A stretch of 64,000 nucleotides of DNA from Candidatus Hydrogenedentota bacterium (GCA_963745075.1 CAVUWV010000021.1:128001-192000), one strand, 5' to 3'; positions 22,075-32,897 are shown, numbered from the stretch's first letter. The notes: generated by a model from the letters alone, not told the origin. Made by a program: numbers and translations.

Positions 22075-22311
22075 TTACAACCGCTTGTGGTTGCCGTCAC
22101 AGAAGGGGGAATTGCCGGTGTGTTTGCATACGCACATGGCGTAGCGGCGCTTCTCCGTGATCACGACTTCCACGGGCGAGAATTCGGTTCCTTTGTGGGA
22201 ACCATCGCACCAGGGTTGCGTCTTCGAGCGGCCGCATCGGCACCACCAGTACGAGCCGCAGTCGAGTTCAAGTACGGCGGGTTTACGGTCGGGGATCTCC
22301 GGTTCTGCCAT
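22075..22311 (-). CDS. Two-motif CDGSH iron-sulfur protein
   Basis: CRCGRSKTQPWCDGSH and CVCKHTGNSPFCDGNH. Confidence 0.92.
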   Translation of the reverse strand: MAEPEIPDRKPAVLELDCGSYWWCRCGRSKTQPWCDGSHKGTEFSPVEVVITEKRRYAMCVCKHTGNSPFCDGNHKRL

Positions 22312-22416
22312 TGAACAACTCCTTATAAGCGAATGGGGTGTCGGCGAAGGATTCATCATACCGATGCAGGCGTTGGTGAAGTCAAGAATTGCGCGGTCTG
22401 CCGGAGAACGCGATGG

Positions 22417-23136
22417 TCAGCGGTTGACCCGGTACCAGAAGAAATCCGCGATTTCCCGCTCGCGCAGGCAGGCGCGGATCAGCCAGGTGGGATGACGAAA
22501 CATGAACCAATCGCCGTGCGCATCGAACTTGCGCGCGCAAAACGTAACATGCGCCTTGCGAAGATTCATAAACTTCAACCCTTGCGTCTTGCCGTGTCGT
22601 TTGAGCTTTAACGCAAAATCGACGTCTTCCATCACGAGCTTGCCCTCGTCAAAGCCGCCGATTTCCCAAAAGGTCTCGGTTCTCATATAGAAAATGTAGA
22701 GCGAAACCCCCGTCAAGGGAACGAACGGCGCCAGGGCGAGAAAGGTCAACCTAATCCCGAGCGACTGGCGGTCGGTCCGCACGTTGGCCACGCCCCCGCC
22801 AATGTACAGGCCGGAGTCCAAACAATTCTTGATTTCAACCAGCATGGTATCCGACATGGTATTGTCGGCATCGGTGAAGATGAGGTACTTTCCGGTCGCG
22901 GCGGCCGCGCCGTGATTCTTAACCGTCGAAATGCAGCGTCGTTCCACATTGACGATCGTTGCGCCGCGGGCAGCGGCAATCTCCGCGGTACGGTCGGTGC
23001 TGTCATTGTTCGCGACGATGACTTCGACGGGTTCACCGGCCTTTTCGGCGGCCACGGCTATCGAGTCGAGACATCGCGCGATCAGCTTCTCCTCATTGTA
23101 TGCGGGAATGACGATACTGAATGTGGGTGCGCTCAC
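22417..23136 (-). CDS. Glycosyltransferase family 2
   Basis: SIVIPAYNEE, NDSTDRT, FTDAD, GGFDE..MEDVDF. Confidence 0.92.
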   Translation of the reverse strand: MSAPTFSIVIPAYNEEKLIARCLDSIAVAAEKAGEPVEVIVANNDSTDRTAEIAAARGATIVNVERRCISTVKNHGAAAATGKYLIFTDADNTMSDTMLVEIKNCLDSGLYIGGGVANVRTDRQSLGIRLTFLALAPFVPLTGVSLYIFYMRTETFWEIGGFDEGKLVMEDVDFALKLKRHGKTQGLKFMNLRKAHVTFCARKFDAHGDWFMFRHPTWLIRACLREREIADFFWYRVNR

Positions 23137-23339
23137 GGCTGTGTATTTGCTCCGGTCGATACGGTCGTTGGGCTACGTTCTCTCCTGCGCATTTCCGATC
23201 GCATCGCGAGTCCGGAACAAGGATAAAAACTATAGCGATCCTGTTTTGGTTACGTCGAAGCCTACTGGCTCGGCTCTCCGCTCCTCGGGGGCTGCTGAGG
23301 GACGCAACTCCGATACGCTACCACCTGGAAGTCCAAACG

Positions 23340-25217
23340 TTACGGCGTTTGCGCGTTGGAATCAATCGAATTCCATGCGGCCGTTCCCAGGTAGAATCCG
23401 TCTTGGTGGCGCCACCTGACAATTGGGGGATATTGTAATGATTTCGGCGACTTTCTGGTAATGAATATCCCCTCCCCCGAGGCCAGGGCTCCCAGACGCT
23501 GGGTCCCGAGGTCGAGATTCTTCGGGCTCACCTCCGGCCAGGCGCCCCCGGCAATTCGGCGGTGGGCAAAAAAACCCAGCATCAGCGCCGTGTCCCGGTC
23601 GTCGTCCACGTAGAGAATCTGGTCCGGCTTGGTCGAGGCGGCGATAAGCTGCCCCAGATCCTCCGCTTCCCGTACCCCCAGGTTCCCCAAGTCCTTTCTC
23701 GTTTCGTCCACGATGGAGAACCCGAGGCCCCCGACGCCGGAGGCCGCCAAAAGCCACCCGGATACGTTCAGCATGGGTCCGGGCGGAATTCCCTTGCTGT
23801 CGACACCGGCAATCACGATCGACGGACATACGACGGCCAGCGCCAACATGGCCAGGACGCGTCGCATGGGGGGCCTGCCTGCGAGAAAAGGCACAAAAAC
23901 GACCGCAATGAGGATGGACCAGAGTTCAAACGTGTGAATGAAGAACCGGGCGCCGTAGGAGAACAGCATGGGAATGAACGCGAGGATGACCGCGGCCAGC
24001 AGCCCATTGCGCTTTTCGGACCATTTGGTGAACCCCCAAGCGCGTATCATCAGGAGCACCATGACGACGTTGATGGCCTGCATCCAAAACAGCTTGAAGA
24101 AGAACCGCGCGACGGGACCGGCGTTCCGGAGGATTTCCGTGTCCACGGGATTGCTGAACCAGTCCCGATAGTGCCAGACGTGGGCGTACCAGGGCAGCAC
24201 CAGGGGCACGGCACAGGCCACCATGCCCAACCAAAACCGCAAATAATCGCGTTGCCAGAGGGAAAAAAGCAGAAGCCCTCCCACAAAGAAGGGCGGAACG
24301 CCCATATGGTCGTACAGACCAAGCACGACAAGCAATACCGACAGGATGAAACGCTTGGATAAAAAACACACCAGGAGCAGCAGCATCAGCACGTTCACCA
24401 GCGCGCTGGGGGTGCACATGAAACTGAAGGTCACAAGGGCGAGGTCGGTGCCCGCAATCAGCATGGCCAGGTAAGCCCGCCTGTCGTTGAACAGCCATCG
24501 GGCGAGGTACCACGTGCATAGCAGGGACAAGGGAAAAAGGGACGCCTGGAGAACCTGGAATCCCCGGAGCACGTCGCCGCTGAATGGCAACGAACACGCG
24601 ACGATGAGAAGGTGAAAGAGCGGCGGATACAGATGTGGACGCCCCTCCGGAGCGAAGCTCCAGGTATCCCAGAGCGGGATGTGCCCGGTCTCGATGATAG
24701 TGCGCGCGACGGAGAGGTGGTAATACGAATCCGGGGGAAAGGCGAGAAACCGGTTGCGGGAAACCCACAAGGCGATCCACACCACGCCTATCACCGCCAA
24801 GCTAACATAGTCGAGCCGTTCGAGCCGGAACGTAAGGGGGCGCTTCGGCCAAAGCGGTTCCGGTGCTTCGACCGGTTTACGGCGAAGATGTTTCCCCTGC
24901 CGCAGCACCACGAAGATGCAAACAAGCCAAGCCACACAAATCGCCACACGAGCGGGGGACAGAAACGTGGCCAGCCAAAGCAGCAGGGGAAGCCAGGCAA
25001 GACACAAAAGCCAGCCCGCGCAACGGGCGCTTGCCCGTCCAAAATCCGACCGGATGGGCCAACGCCACAGAGCTAAACCCCAGTCTCCCAAGAACAGCGT
25101 GACGATGCAGAGACCGGCGCGGCACCAGTCGTCGCCGGCCGCCCATCTTACACCATACTCCACGGCTTCAGTCAGGAGGACCGGAAGACGCGCGACGTAA
25201 AACAAGAGGGAGCGCAA
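23340..25217 (-). CDS. GT-C-like integral membrane protein
   Basis: PPDSYYHL..GHIPLWD..PEGRPHLYPPLFH motif (STT3/AglB-like first loop); many TMs; start codon uncertain. Confidence 0.6.
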   Translation of the reverse strand: MRSLLFYVARLPVLLTEAVEYGVRWAAGDDWCRAGLCIVTLFLGDWGLALWRWPIRSDFGRASARCAGWLLCLAWLPLLLWLATFLSPARVAICVAWLVCIFVVLRQGKHLRRKPVEAPEPLWPKRPLTFRLERLDYVSLAVIGVVWIALWVSRNRFLAFPPDSYYHLSVARTIIETGHIPLWDTWSFAPEGRPHLYPPLFHLLIVACSLPFSGDVLRGFQVLQASLFPLSLLCTWYLARWLFNDRRAYLAMLIAGTDLALVTFSFMCTPSALVNVLMLLLLVCFLSKRFILSVLLVVLGLYDHMGVPPFFVGGLLLFSLWQRDYLRFWLGMVACAVPLVLPWYAHVWHYRDWFSNPVDTEILRNAGPVARFFFKLFWMQAINVVMVLLMIRAWGFTKWSEKRNGLLAAVILAFIPMLFSYGARFFIHTFELWSILIAVVFVPFLAGRPPMRRVLAMLALAVVCPSIVIAGVDSKGIPPGPMLNVSGWLLAASGVGGLGFSIVDETRKDLGNLGVREAEDLGQLIAASTKPDQILYVDDDRDTALMLGFFAHRRIAGGAWPEVSPKNLDLGTQRLGALASGEGIFITRKSPKSLQYPPIVRWRHQDGFYLGTAAWNSIDSNAQTP

Positions 25218-25270
25218 GGCTAGTTTCCTTACCGAATCGCTGGGCGAAGGCGCACGCCGTGGCCGTAACC

Positions 25271-27896
25271 TCAGCCGGTTGCCCCCAACGTCACATTCGC
25301 GGTGAGGAGTCCATTCTCCGGGGTACCCTCCACCACGTCAAAGACCTCAATATGAAGCATGCGCATGATGTCGTCGCGGGTGGCTTCGACCGCAGAAAGA
25401 ACCTCCGCGGGAGCCGAAACCACGAGTCGTTCGACGGGCGCTTTCATACTGAGATTGGCTTCGGCCTTGGCCTTGCGCACGGCCTCCACGACCGCCACCG
25501 CCGCATCGAAGGTCTGTGGAGCGGCAGGTCGCGGCACGGCCTCGAATTCGGCGGTCGACGGCCATCGGCTGCGGTGTACGGATTCGTGCATCCCCTCGTC
25601 GCCGTTGTAACACCAGTGCCAGACTTCCTCGCTCAGGTACGGCAGAAACGGCGCCAGCATCCGGACCATCGCGCGGTGTACGAGACGCAGCGCGGACGCG
25701 GCGGACAACCGGCCCTCGGTGAGTTCCTCGTCGTACGTGCGGGGTTTTGCGAGTTCGAGGAAGTTGTCGCAGAACGTGCGCCAGAAGAAATCCTCGATCA
25801 GCGAAAGCGCCTGGGCGTAGTCGAACTGCTCGAACGCCGCAGTCGCCCGCTCGATGGTGGGGCGCAGCTCCTGAATGACCGCGCGGTCGGTTTCGTTCAC
25901 GATCTTTTCCGGGCCCAGCAGCGCGGTATCGATCCCTTCAAAGCGGCCGATGGCGAACTTGCTGGCATTGAAAAGCTTCGTGCAGAGCCGTTTACCGACT
26001 TTGAAGACCTGCTCGTCATAGGCCGTATCCACCCCGAGCCGTGCGCGCGCCGCCCAATAGCGCACCGCGTCCGCGCCGAACTGGTCGATGAGCGGCTCGG
26101 GCGTGACGACGTTGCCCTGGCTTTTGGACATCTTCTTGCGGTCGGGATCGAGTATCCATCCGCTGATGACGACATTGCGCCAGGGAATTTCGTTCTCATG
26201 CAGATAGGCCTTCACGATCGTGTAGAAAGCCCATGTACGAATGATTTCGTGGCTTTGCGGACGGATGTCCATGGGAAAAAGTTTTCCGTGGCGTTCGCCA
26301 TCGAGTAACCAATGCGTGGCGATCTGCGGCGTCAGCGAACTCGTCGCCCAGGTATCGAACACGTCGGGGTCGCCGGTGAAGCCGTTCGGTTCGTCGCGCT
26401 GCTCCTGGGTATACCCCGGCGGCACGTCGTCCAACGGATCGATAGGCAGCGATGCCGCACTAGGCACGATTTGTTCGTCATGCAGAATCCGACCATCCAC
26501 GTCAATCTTGTACCACACCGGGATCGGCACGCCGAAGAAGCGTTGCCGGCTCATGCACCAATCCTGGTTCAACCCCTCGACCCAGTGCTCGTAACGAATG
26601 CCCATGTGCTTGGGATGCCACTGGATTTTGTGCCCCTGACCGACAAGCGCTTCCTTGTGATCGAGGATGCGCGTGAACCACTGGCGTGCCGGAATAAGTT
26701 CCAGGGGCCGATCACCCTTCTCAAAAAACTTCACGGCGTGGGTAATCGCTTCGCTCGGCCGGGCGATGACGCCGTCAGTCGCAGTGGCGATTTCGACAAT
26801 CCGCTTCTGCGCCTGTTTGACGTACATGCCCTGCAATTGCGCGTAGATTTCGTTGGCCGCGTCGGGGTTCACGCTGACGAATCGGTGATCCGTATCCGGC
26901 GCGCCAAACCGGACGGCAAGAAGATGCCCGTCACGATCCAGCACTTGACGAATCGGCAGGTTGTATTCGCGCACCCATTCCATATCCGTCTGGTCGCCGA
27001 AGGTACAGACCATCACGATCCCGGTTCCCTTTTCGGGATCCGCTTTGGGATCGGCCATGATCGGCACCGGCGCCTCAAACATCGGCGTGACCGCGTTCTT
27101 ACCCACGAGATGCTGGTACCGGTCGTCGTCGGGATGGACGAGCACCGCAACGCACGCCGGCAGCAATTCGGGCCGCGTCGTCGCGATGACAATCTTCTCG
27201 TCGCTCCCCTCAATGCCAAACCGCAGAAAATGAAAGGCACTGGGACGTTCCTTGTCCACGACTTCGGCCTGGGCGATGGCCGTGCGGAAATCCACGTCCC
27301 ACATGACGGGCCGCTCCGCTTGATAGACTTCGCCCTGCCGCAGCAATTCAAGGAAGCTCAATTGCGAAATCCGCCGGCAATGTTCGTCGATGGTGGCGTA
27401 TTCCTGGTCCCAGTCGTAGGACAGGCCGAGGCGGCTCCACAGATGCCGGAAGGCTTCTTCATCCTCGCGCGTGACTTCCTGGCACAGCTCGATGAAATTG
27501 CGGCGGCTGATGGGCAAAGGATCACCCTTGCGGGCGCGTTCGCCCTTGAATTCCGGGTCGTAATGCAGGTGAGGTTCGCACTTCACGTTGTAGAGGTTCT
27601 GAACGCGGCGCTCGGTCGGCAAGCCGTTATCGTCCCAACCGATGGGAAAGAAAATGTTCTTGCCGCACATGCGCTGGAAGCGAACAATGAAATCCTGGTG
27701 CGAGTAGCTGAAAAGATGACCGACGTGCAGCGACCCGCTCACCGTCGGCGGCGGGGTGTCCACCACAAACGTTTCGTCGCGACCCTTGGATGGATCCCAC
27801 GCATAGACGTTCTTTCTCTTGCCACTCGCTGCGCCACCGCTCTTCAAGACTCTCGGGCGCATACCTTTTCGGCAGTTCGGTATTCGGAACGCTCAT
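25271..27896 (-). CDS. valS: Valine--tRNA ligase, type 2 (archaeal-like); apparent frameshift near 27812
   Basis: DTPPPTVSGSLHVGH, GTGIVM.CTFGD, DWCMSRQR, DTWATS, KMSKS; the N-terminus MSVPNTELPKRY..W lies in another frame. Confidence 0.93.
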
Positions 27897-28015
27897 CAAT
27901 CACTCCTGGAAAACACTCTACGGATCCGAGGCGGAACCGTAACCGCTGCAAGAAGTTGAAAGGCATAAGTATAACAGGACAACTCGCCGCGTTGCACCCT
28001 TCACGGCGCGAGAAA

Positions 28016-28663
28016 TCACCCGCCGAGAACAAAGATTAGTACGGCCTTGCGCAGAAACATCAGTGGGCCTGGAAGGATGGTGTTGGCCGCGACAATGGCG
28101 ATGAGAATACCAAATGGTCCGATGGACGCGAGTGCCTTCTGACCTTTCTCGGGAAGCAAATAATGCAGTACGTAGTGTCCGTCCAATGGTGGCACGGGGA
28201 TAACGTTAAACAGCATCAACAGCAGATTGATCATGATCAACGCCATGGGAATGCTGTACTGCGGAGCCGTCAGAAACTCGGACACCCCCATGGGCGGATT
28301 CACCATGATAATAATCTTCAGAGCGATGGCGCTCACAACGGCGAGAATCAAATTCGAGACCGGCCCGGCGATGGCAATGAGCATGGGGTCGCGACGGATG
28401 TTGTGAAGATTGACGGGGTTGAACGGGACCGGCTTGGCCCACCCGAACAGGTAGGGAATTCCGGTAAACATCATGAACAGGGGCAGCACGACGGTGCCGA
28501 TGGGGTCAATATGGGCCAAGGGGTTAAGGGATACCCGGCCCAATAGCCGGGCAGACGGATCGCCGCATCGGTCGGCGGTTATTGCATGGGCAGCTTCATG
28601 AACGCACAATGAAAACAAGAGCGCCATGTATTGAATCAGGAGTACGGAAATGTTTATATTCAA
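28016..28663 (-). CDS. Site-2 protease family (M50) metallopeptidase
   Basis: HEAAH, NPLAHIDPIG, FNVIPVPPLDG. Confidence 0.92.
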   Translation of the reverse strand: MNINISVLLIQYMALLFSLCVHEAAHAITADRCGDPSARLLGRVSLNPLAHIDPIGTVVLPLFMMFTGIPYLFGWAKPVPFNPVNLHNIRRDPMLIAIAGPVSNLILAVVSAIALKIIIMVNPPMGVSEFLTAPQYSIPMALIMINLLLMLFNVIPVPPLDGHYVLHYLLPEKGQKALASIGPFGILIAIVAANTILPGPLMFLRKAVLIFVLGG

Positions 28664-28830
28664 AGGACTTACCTCGCCATGAATGTGGCGCGATACCGCT
28701 GGAGGCCGGTGCGCGGTGAGTGAAATACCCGTACTACGGGCTTGTCATGTGCTAGCGTCGGCAGTATACGGCAACGCCGTATGGGGAGTCAAAATCCACG
28801 GCAGACGCTCCAGCCTACCTATCGAGGTGG

Positions 28831-28904
28831 TTGACAAGTCGGCTCAGATATTCTAAGCTGCCTTTAGAAATGGACTTGCAGAAATGGGGCCCATTCCGTA
28901 TAAT
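28831..28904 (+). promoter_or_regulatory. Tandem sigma70-like promoters upstream of the HU/IHF gene
   Basis: TTGACA-N17-TAAGCT (28831-28859) and TTGCAG-N17-TATAAT (28876-28904). Confidence 0.65.
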
Positions 28905-28994
28905 GCATTTCGTCCTTAGTTCGGTGCAATGGGTGCACGCTTCCGCATGGGCGGGAGCAGGCCGTCAGTGGAAGGAGGGTCTGGCTCGGTGACA

Positions 28995-29386
28995 ATGACA
29001 AAACGCGAACTGGTGATCCGGGTGGCCAACATGCTGGGAATGACCCAGAGCGACGTGGCCAAGATCATCGAAGGTACTTTCGACACCATTTCCCGCACGC
29101 TGGCCGAAGGGCAGCGCTGGGAACTGCGCGATTTCGGCGTGTTCGAAGTCAAGACCCGCGCCTCGCGCATCGGCAGAAACCCCCGCACGGGCGAGCAAGT
29201 TCCTGTGCCGGAACGACGTGTGGTGACATTCCGTCCAGGTAAAAAGATGAAGGAGCTTATTGCCGACACAAACCGGGTGAAGCACGCCAGACCGACACCG
29301 GTGCTCCATCCAGCCCGACGCCGCCACCGTCTGCGCCCGAACCGCCTTCATCCGGCGGTGAGTCCAGCGGTGGCATGTCGTTTTAA
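28995..29386 (+). CDS. HU/IHF family DNA-binding protein with Pro/Ser-rich tail; probable 1-nt indel near 29270
   Basis: MTKRELV, LRDFGVF, GRNPRTGE, FRPGK; the alternative frame gives KPGEARQTDTGAPSSPTPPPSAPE..MSF* ending just before a hairpin. Confidence 0.85.
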
Positions 29387-29405
29387 TCGTCCCTTCATTT
29401 CCGAG

Positions 29406-29429
29406 CAGCCGTCTCCCGAGAGGCGGCTG
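29406..29429 (+). terminator. Putative intrinsic terminator
   Basis: cagccgtctc-ccga-gaggcggctg stem followed by ttgtt. Confidence 0.55.
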
Positions 29430-29485
29430 TTGTTAGTTCTAGGTCCGGGTGTAAACACGTTCGACCCTTTGCCGTGTAGCGCAGA

Positions 29486-30556
29486 ATGACTCATCCCTCG
29501 TCTTCCAGCCGTTCAACACTGCGTCGCCGTCTCCCAGCGGAATGGGAACCACAAGCCGGCATTCAACTTACATGGCCCCATGCGGACAGCGACTGGGCGC
29601 CCGTCTTGGACGCCGCCGAAGCCACGTTCGCGGAAATCGTCCGGCAAGTTACGAAATGGGAACCGGTCCTCCTGGCCGCTTCGGACCGGCAACATTCACG
29701 TTCCGTCTTGCGCGATGCCGGCGTCGACCTCTCGAGCGTTCACACGTACGAGATCCCGTCGGACGACACGTGGGCGCGGGACCACGGCCCCATAACGGTT
29801 TACGAAGACGGGGCGCCCCTGCTCCTCGATTTTACGTTCAATGGGTGGGGCGGGAAGTTCACGGCCGATCGCGACAACCGCGTCACCCGCGCGCTACATG
29901 AGGCCGGAGCGTTCGGGACGACGCCGATTCGCAGCCTCGACGTTGTGCTCGAAGGCGGGTCGATCGATTCCGACGGTGCAGGCACGCTCTTGACCACGTC
30001 ACAATGCCTGTTGACGCCCACCCGCAATCGGGAACTCGATCAAACCCGGATCGAGGCGACGTTGCGCGATGCCTTCGGCGCGGATCGTATTCTGTGGCTC
30101 CACCATGGTTATCTCGCGGGCGATGACACGGACTCGCATGTGGACACGCTGGCACGCTTCTGCAATAAATCAACCATCGCGCATGTGTTTTGTGATGACG
30201 CACAGGACGAACACTTCGAGTCGCTTCGTGCGATGGAAAATGAATTGCAGGCCTTTCGCACGCGGGACGGCGCGCCATACCGCCTCGTGCGCCTGCCGCT
30301 GCCTACACCATGCTATGATGACGAAGGGAATCGTCTTCCCGCAACATACGCGAATTTTCTGATACTCAACGGCGCCGTATTGGTGCCGGCGTACAATGTA
30401 CCGGAAGACGCGATTGCGCGGTCCGTGTTGGCAACGTGCTTTGCCGATCGCGTGGTAATCGGAGTTCCATGTAATACCTTGATCGCACAGCACGGCTCGT
30501 TGCATTGCGTGACGATGCAACTGCCAACGGGAGTGGAATGGTGCCTGAAACCTTGA
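29486..30556 (+). CDS. aguA: Agmatine deiminase / peptidylarginine deiminase family
   Basis: LPAEWEP, WARDHGP, LEGGSIDSDG, DDTDSHVD, ATYANF, GSLHCVTMQ. Confidence 0.93.
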   Translation: MTHPSSSSRSTLRRRLPAEWEPQAGIQLTWPHADSDWAPVLDAAEATFAEIVRQVTKWEPVLLAASDRQHSRSVLRDAGVDLSSVHTYEIPSDDTWARDHGPITVYEDGAPLLLDFTFNGWGGKFTADRDNRVTRALHEAGAFGTTPIRSLDVVLEGGSIDSDGAGTLLTTSQCLLTPTRNRELDQTRIEATLRDAFGADRILWLHHGYLAGDDTDSHVDTLARFCNKSTIAHVFCDDAQDEHFESLRAMENELQAFRTRDGAPYRLVRLPLPTPCYDDEGNRLPATYANFLILNGAVLVPAYNVPEDAIARSVLATCFADRVVIGVPCNTLIAQHGSLHCVTMQLPTGVEWCLKP

Positions 30557-31428
30557 AGGTTGGCCTTATCCAGCAACGCTGTGTTGCCGACCGGACCGCA
30601 AACCTCGAAAAAACGATCGAAAACATTCGCGAGGCGGCCGCCCAAGCTGCACAGGTCGTCGCGCTTCAGGAATTGCACACCGGCCCCTATTTCTGCCAAA
30701 CGGAAGACACGCAAATCTTCGATTGGGCGGAGCCAATACCCGGCCCGACGACGCAACGATTGGGCGAAGTGGCGAAAGCGTGCAACGTGGTTCTTGTCGC
30801 GTCCCTCTTCGAGCGGCGAACCTCCGGTTTGTATCACAATACCGCAGTCGCCATTGAAAAAGACGGTTCCATTGCAGGTAAGTACCGAAAGATGCACATT
30901 CCGGACGACCCCGGCTACTACGAGAAATTCTATTTCACGCCCGGCGACTTGGGCTTCGTTCCAATTCAAACCTCCGCCGGCCGCGTTGGCTCGCTCATAT
31001 GCTGGGACCAATGGTTCCCCGAAGGCGCCCGCCTGATGGCCATGCGCGGCGCCGAGTTCCTCGTGTACCCCACGGCCATTGGATGGACTCCTTCCGATTC
31101 CCAGGACGAAAAAGACCGCCAACGCGACGCGTGGATCACCATCCAACGCGCCCATGCCGTGGCAAACGGTCTTCCCGTAATCAGTGTCAACCGCGTCGGG
31201 CACGAAGCGGATCCATCGGGTGCTACCGACGGGATCCAATTCTGGGGGTCGAGTTTCGTTGCCGGACCGCAAGGAGAAATCCTCGCACAGGCTTCCGTGA
31301 ACGAAGAAGCAGTACTCGTCACGGAAATCGACCTGAAACGCAGTGAAGACGTTCGCCGTATCTGGCCGTTTCTTCGCGACCGGCGCATCGATGCCTACGA
31401 AGGTCTTGAAGAGCGCTTCCTGGACTAA
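30538..31428 (+). CDS. aguB: N-carbamoylputrescine amidase (carbon-nitrogen hydrolase)
   Basis: LQEL, YRKMHIPDDPGYYEKFYF, ICWDQWFPE, YPTAIGW, FLRDRR; overlaps aguA. Confidence 0.92.
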   Translation: MVPETLKVGLIQQRCVADRTANLEKTIENIREAAAQAAQVVALQELHTGPYFCQTEDTQIFDWAEPIPGPTTQRLGEVAKACNVVLVASLFERRTSGLYHNTAVAIEKDGSIAGKYRKMHIPDDPGYYEKFYFTPGDLGFVPIQTSAGRVGSLICWDQWFPEGARLMAMRGAEFLVYPTAIGWTPSDSQDEKDRQRDAWITIQRAHAVANGLPVISVNRVGHEADPSGATDGIQFWGSSFVAGPQGEILAQASVNEEAVLVTEIDLKRSEDVRRIWPFLRDRRIDAYEGLEERFLD

Positions 31429-31576
31429 ACCCACCCGCTTCGCCATGCATCGATCGTTCGAACTGTCCTTCAAAACATGCATGTGAGATACATCGTTATG
31501 AACTTTGATCTCAAATGTAGATTGGGTGCCCAGGGAAGGTGCTGCAATGTTCTGTACTCGATAAGGGGATCCTCAC

Positions 31577-32782
31577 ATGCGTAGATTTAGTCTCTTGCCG
31601 ATTCTGTTTCTCACCTTGTCCATTTTTCTTCTCTTGTCCGGTTGCCCATCCAGCACCCCACCACCGGGAAAAGGCAGCGTGGTCGTGCTCGGTTACAACG
31701 ATCTCGGCATGCACTGCATGAACGAAGACTTCTCAGAACTGATGATTTTGCCACCGTACAACAATTTACATGCACAGGTGATCGAACGCCGTGGTGAAGA
31801 ACCGCGGATTCTGCAAAGCGGAATTACCGTCAGCTATACGATTCCCGGGAACACGACCTCCTCGAACAAAACGAACTTTTGGGACTACGCCTACGATCTG
31901 TTCGGCGTCAATCTGGCGCCGGATGTTGGACTGGCCGGGAATGGGCTGTCCGGCACGATGGTGCCGACCGGCGACAACGATTGGATCGCGGAGGGCATCC
32001 CGCTGACCCCCATCATGGATGACCAGACGTTGAACCCCTATCCGTTGGCGGACATCACGGTAACGCGCGCGGGTAACGACGTAGCGTCGACCCAGGCGGT
32101 GGTGCCCGTATCCTGGGAGATCAGCTGCGACCTGTGCCATACCACCGACGGCGCAGACGGCACGGCCGATGCCACCGTGGCGATGGACATCCTCACCGAC
32201 CACGACCGGCTACATATGACCGACCTCGCGAACCAGACGCCGGTCGCATGTGGGGACTGCCACGGCCAGCCGCCGCTCGGCACCACGGGAACGCCGCTGC
32301 TCTCCCACGCGATGCATGGGGCCCACGCTTCCCGGATGTCGATGGTTTCGCTCCAAGTCGAGTGTTACGCGTGCCATCCCGGCGTGAATACGGACTGCTT
32401 GCGTGGGGTGCACAAAACGAAGGGGTTGGTTTGCAACGACTGTCACGGCGACATGACGGATGTGGCAAATACGAACCGGATGCCGTGGGTCGACGAACCG
32501 CGTTGTGATGATTGCCACGTTCGGACCGGTTTCGAGTTTGAGCAGCCAAACACGTTATACCGGAACTCGAAAGGCCATCATGGCGTGCATTGTGCCGCGT
32601 GCCACGGTAGTCCGCACGCGATAACGCCAACCGGAGTTCCGGCGGACAACGTGCAGGCGATTGCTTTGCAAGGTCATTCGGGGCCGATCGACACGTGCAG
32701 CGTCTGTCACATCGGTCACCCGGAAGATGGATTTACACACCGGTACAGCGGCGGAGGTGATGACGACAAGGGGCTCTCGTGA
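31577..32782 (+). CDS. Multiheme cytochrome c lipoprotein (7 CxxCH)
   Basis: LLLSGC lipobox; CDLCH, CGDCH, CYACH, CNDCH, CDDCH, CAACH, CSVCH; N-terminal NDLGMHC domain. Confidence 0.9.
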   Translation: MRRFSLLPILFLTLSIFLLLSGCPSSTPPPGKGSVVVLGYNDLGMHCMNEDFSELMILPPYNNLHAQVIERRGEEPRILQSGITVSYTIPGNTTSSNKTNFWDYAYDLFGVNLAPDVGLAGNGLSGTMVPTGDNDWIAEGIPLTPIMDDQTLNPYPLADITVTRAGNDVASTQAVVPVSWEISCDLCHTTDGADGTADATVAMDILTDHDRLHMTDLANQTPVACGDCHGQPPLGTTGTPLLSHAMHGAHASRMSMVSLQVECYACHPGVNTDCLRGVHKTKGLVCNDCHGDMTDVANTNRMPWVDEPRCDDCHVRTGFEFEQPNTLYRNSKGHHGVHCAACHGSPHAITPTGVPADNVQAIALQGHSGPIDTCSVCHIGHPEDGFTHRYSGGGDDDKGLS

Positions 32783-32837
32783 TCGGAAACGCCAGTCTCC
32801 GTTGCATGCGACAAATCGCCATCCGTGACACGATAGA

Positions 32838-32870
32838 AAGCGCGCCCGGCCGAGTCGGCCGGGCGCGCTT
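32838..32870. terminator. Perfect 16-bp inverted repeat between convergent genes (probable bidirectional terminator)
   Basis: aagcgcgcccggccga-g-tcggccgggcgcgctt. Confidence 0.75.
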
Positions 32871-32897
32871 CGTTCTGCCACAAGTGGTCTGAAGCCG

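Noticed and set aside
25259..28039. Long plus-strand ORFs (349 and 575 aa) antisense to valS
   Set aside because: Shadow ORFs expected from high-GC codon bias; no recognisable motifs
31470..31525. CRP/FNR-like sites upstream of the cytochrome gene
   Set aside because: Only half-sites (TGTGA, TTGAT) without matching second halves
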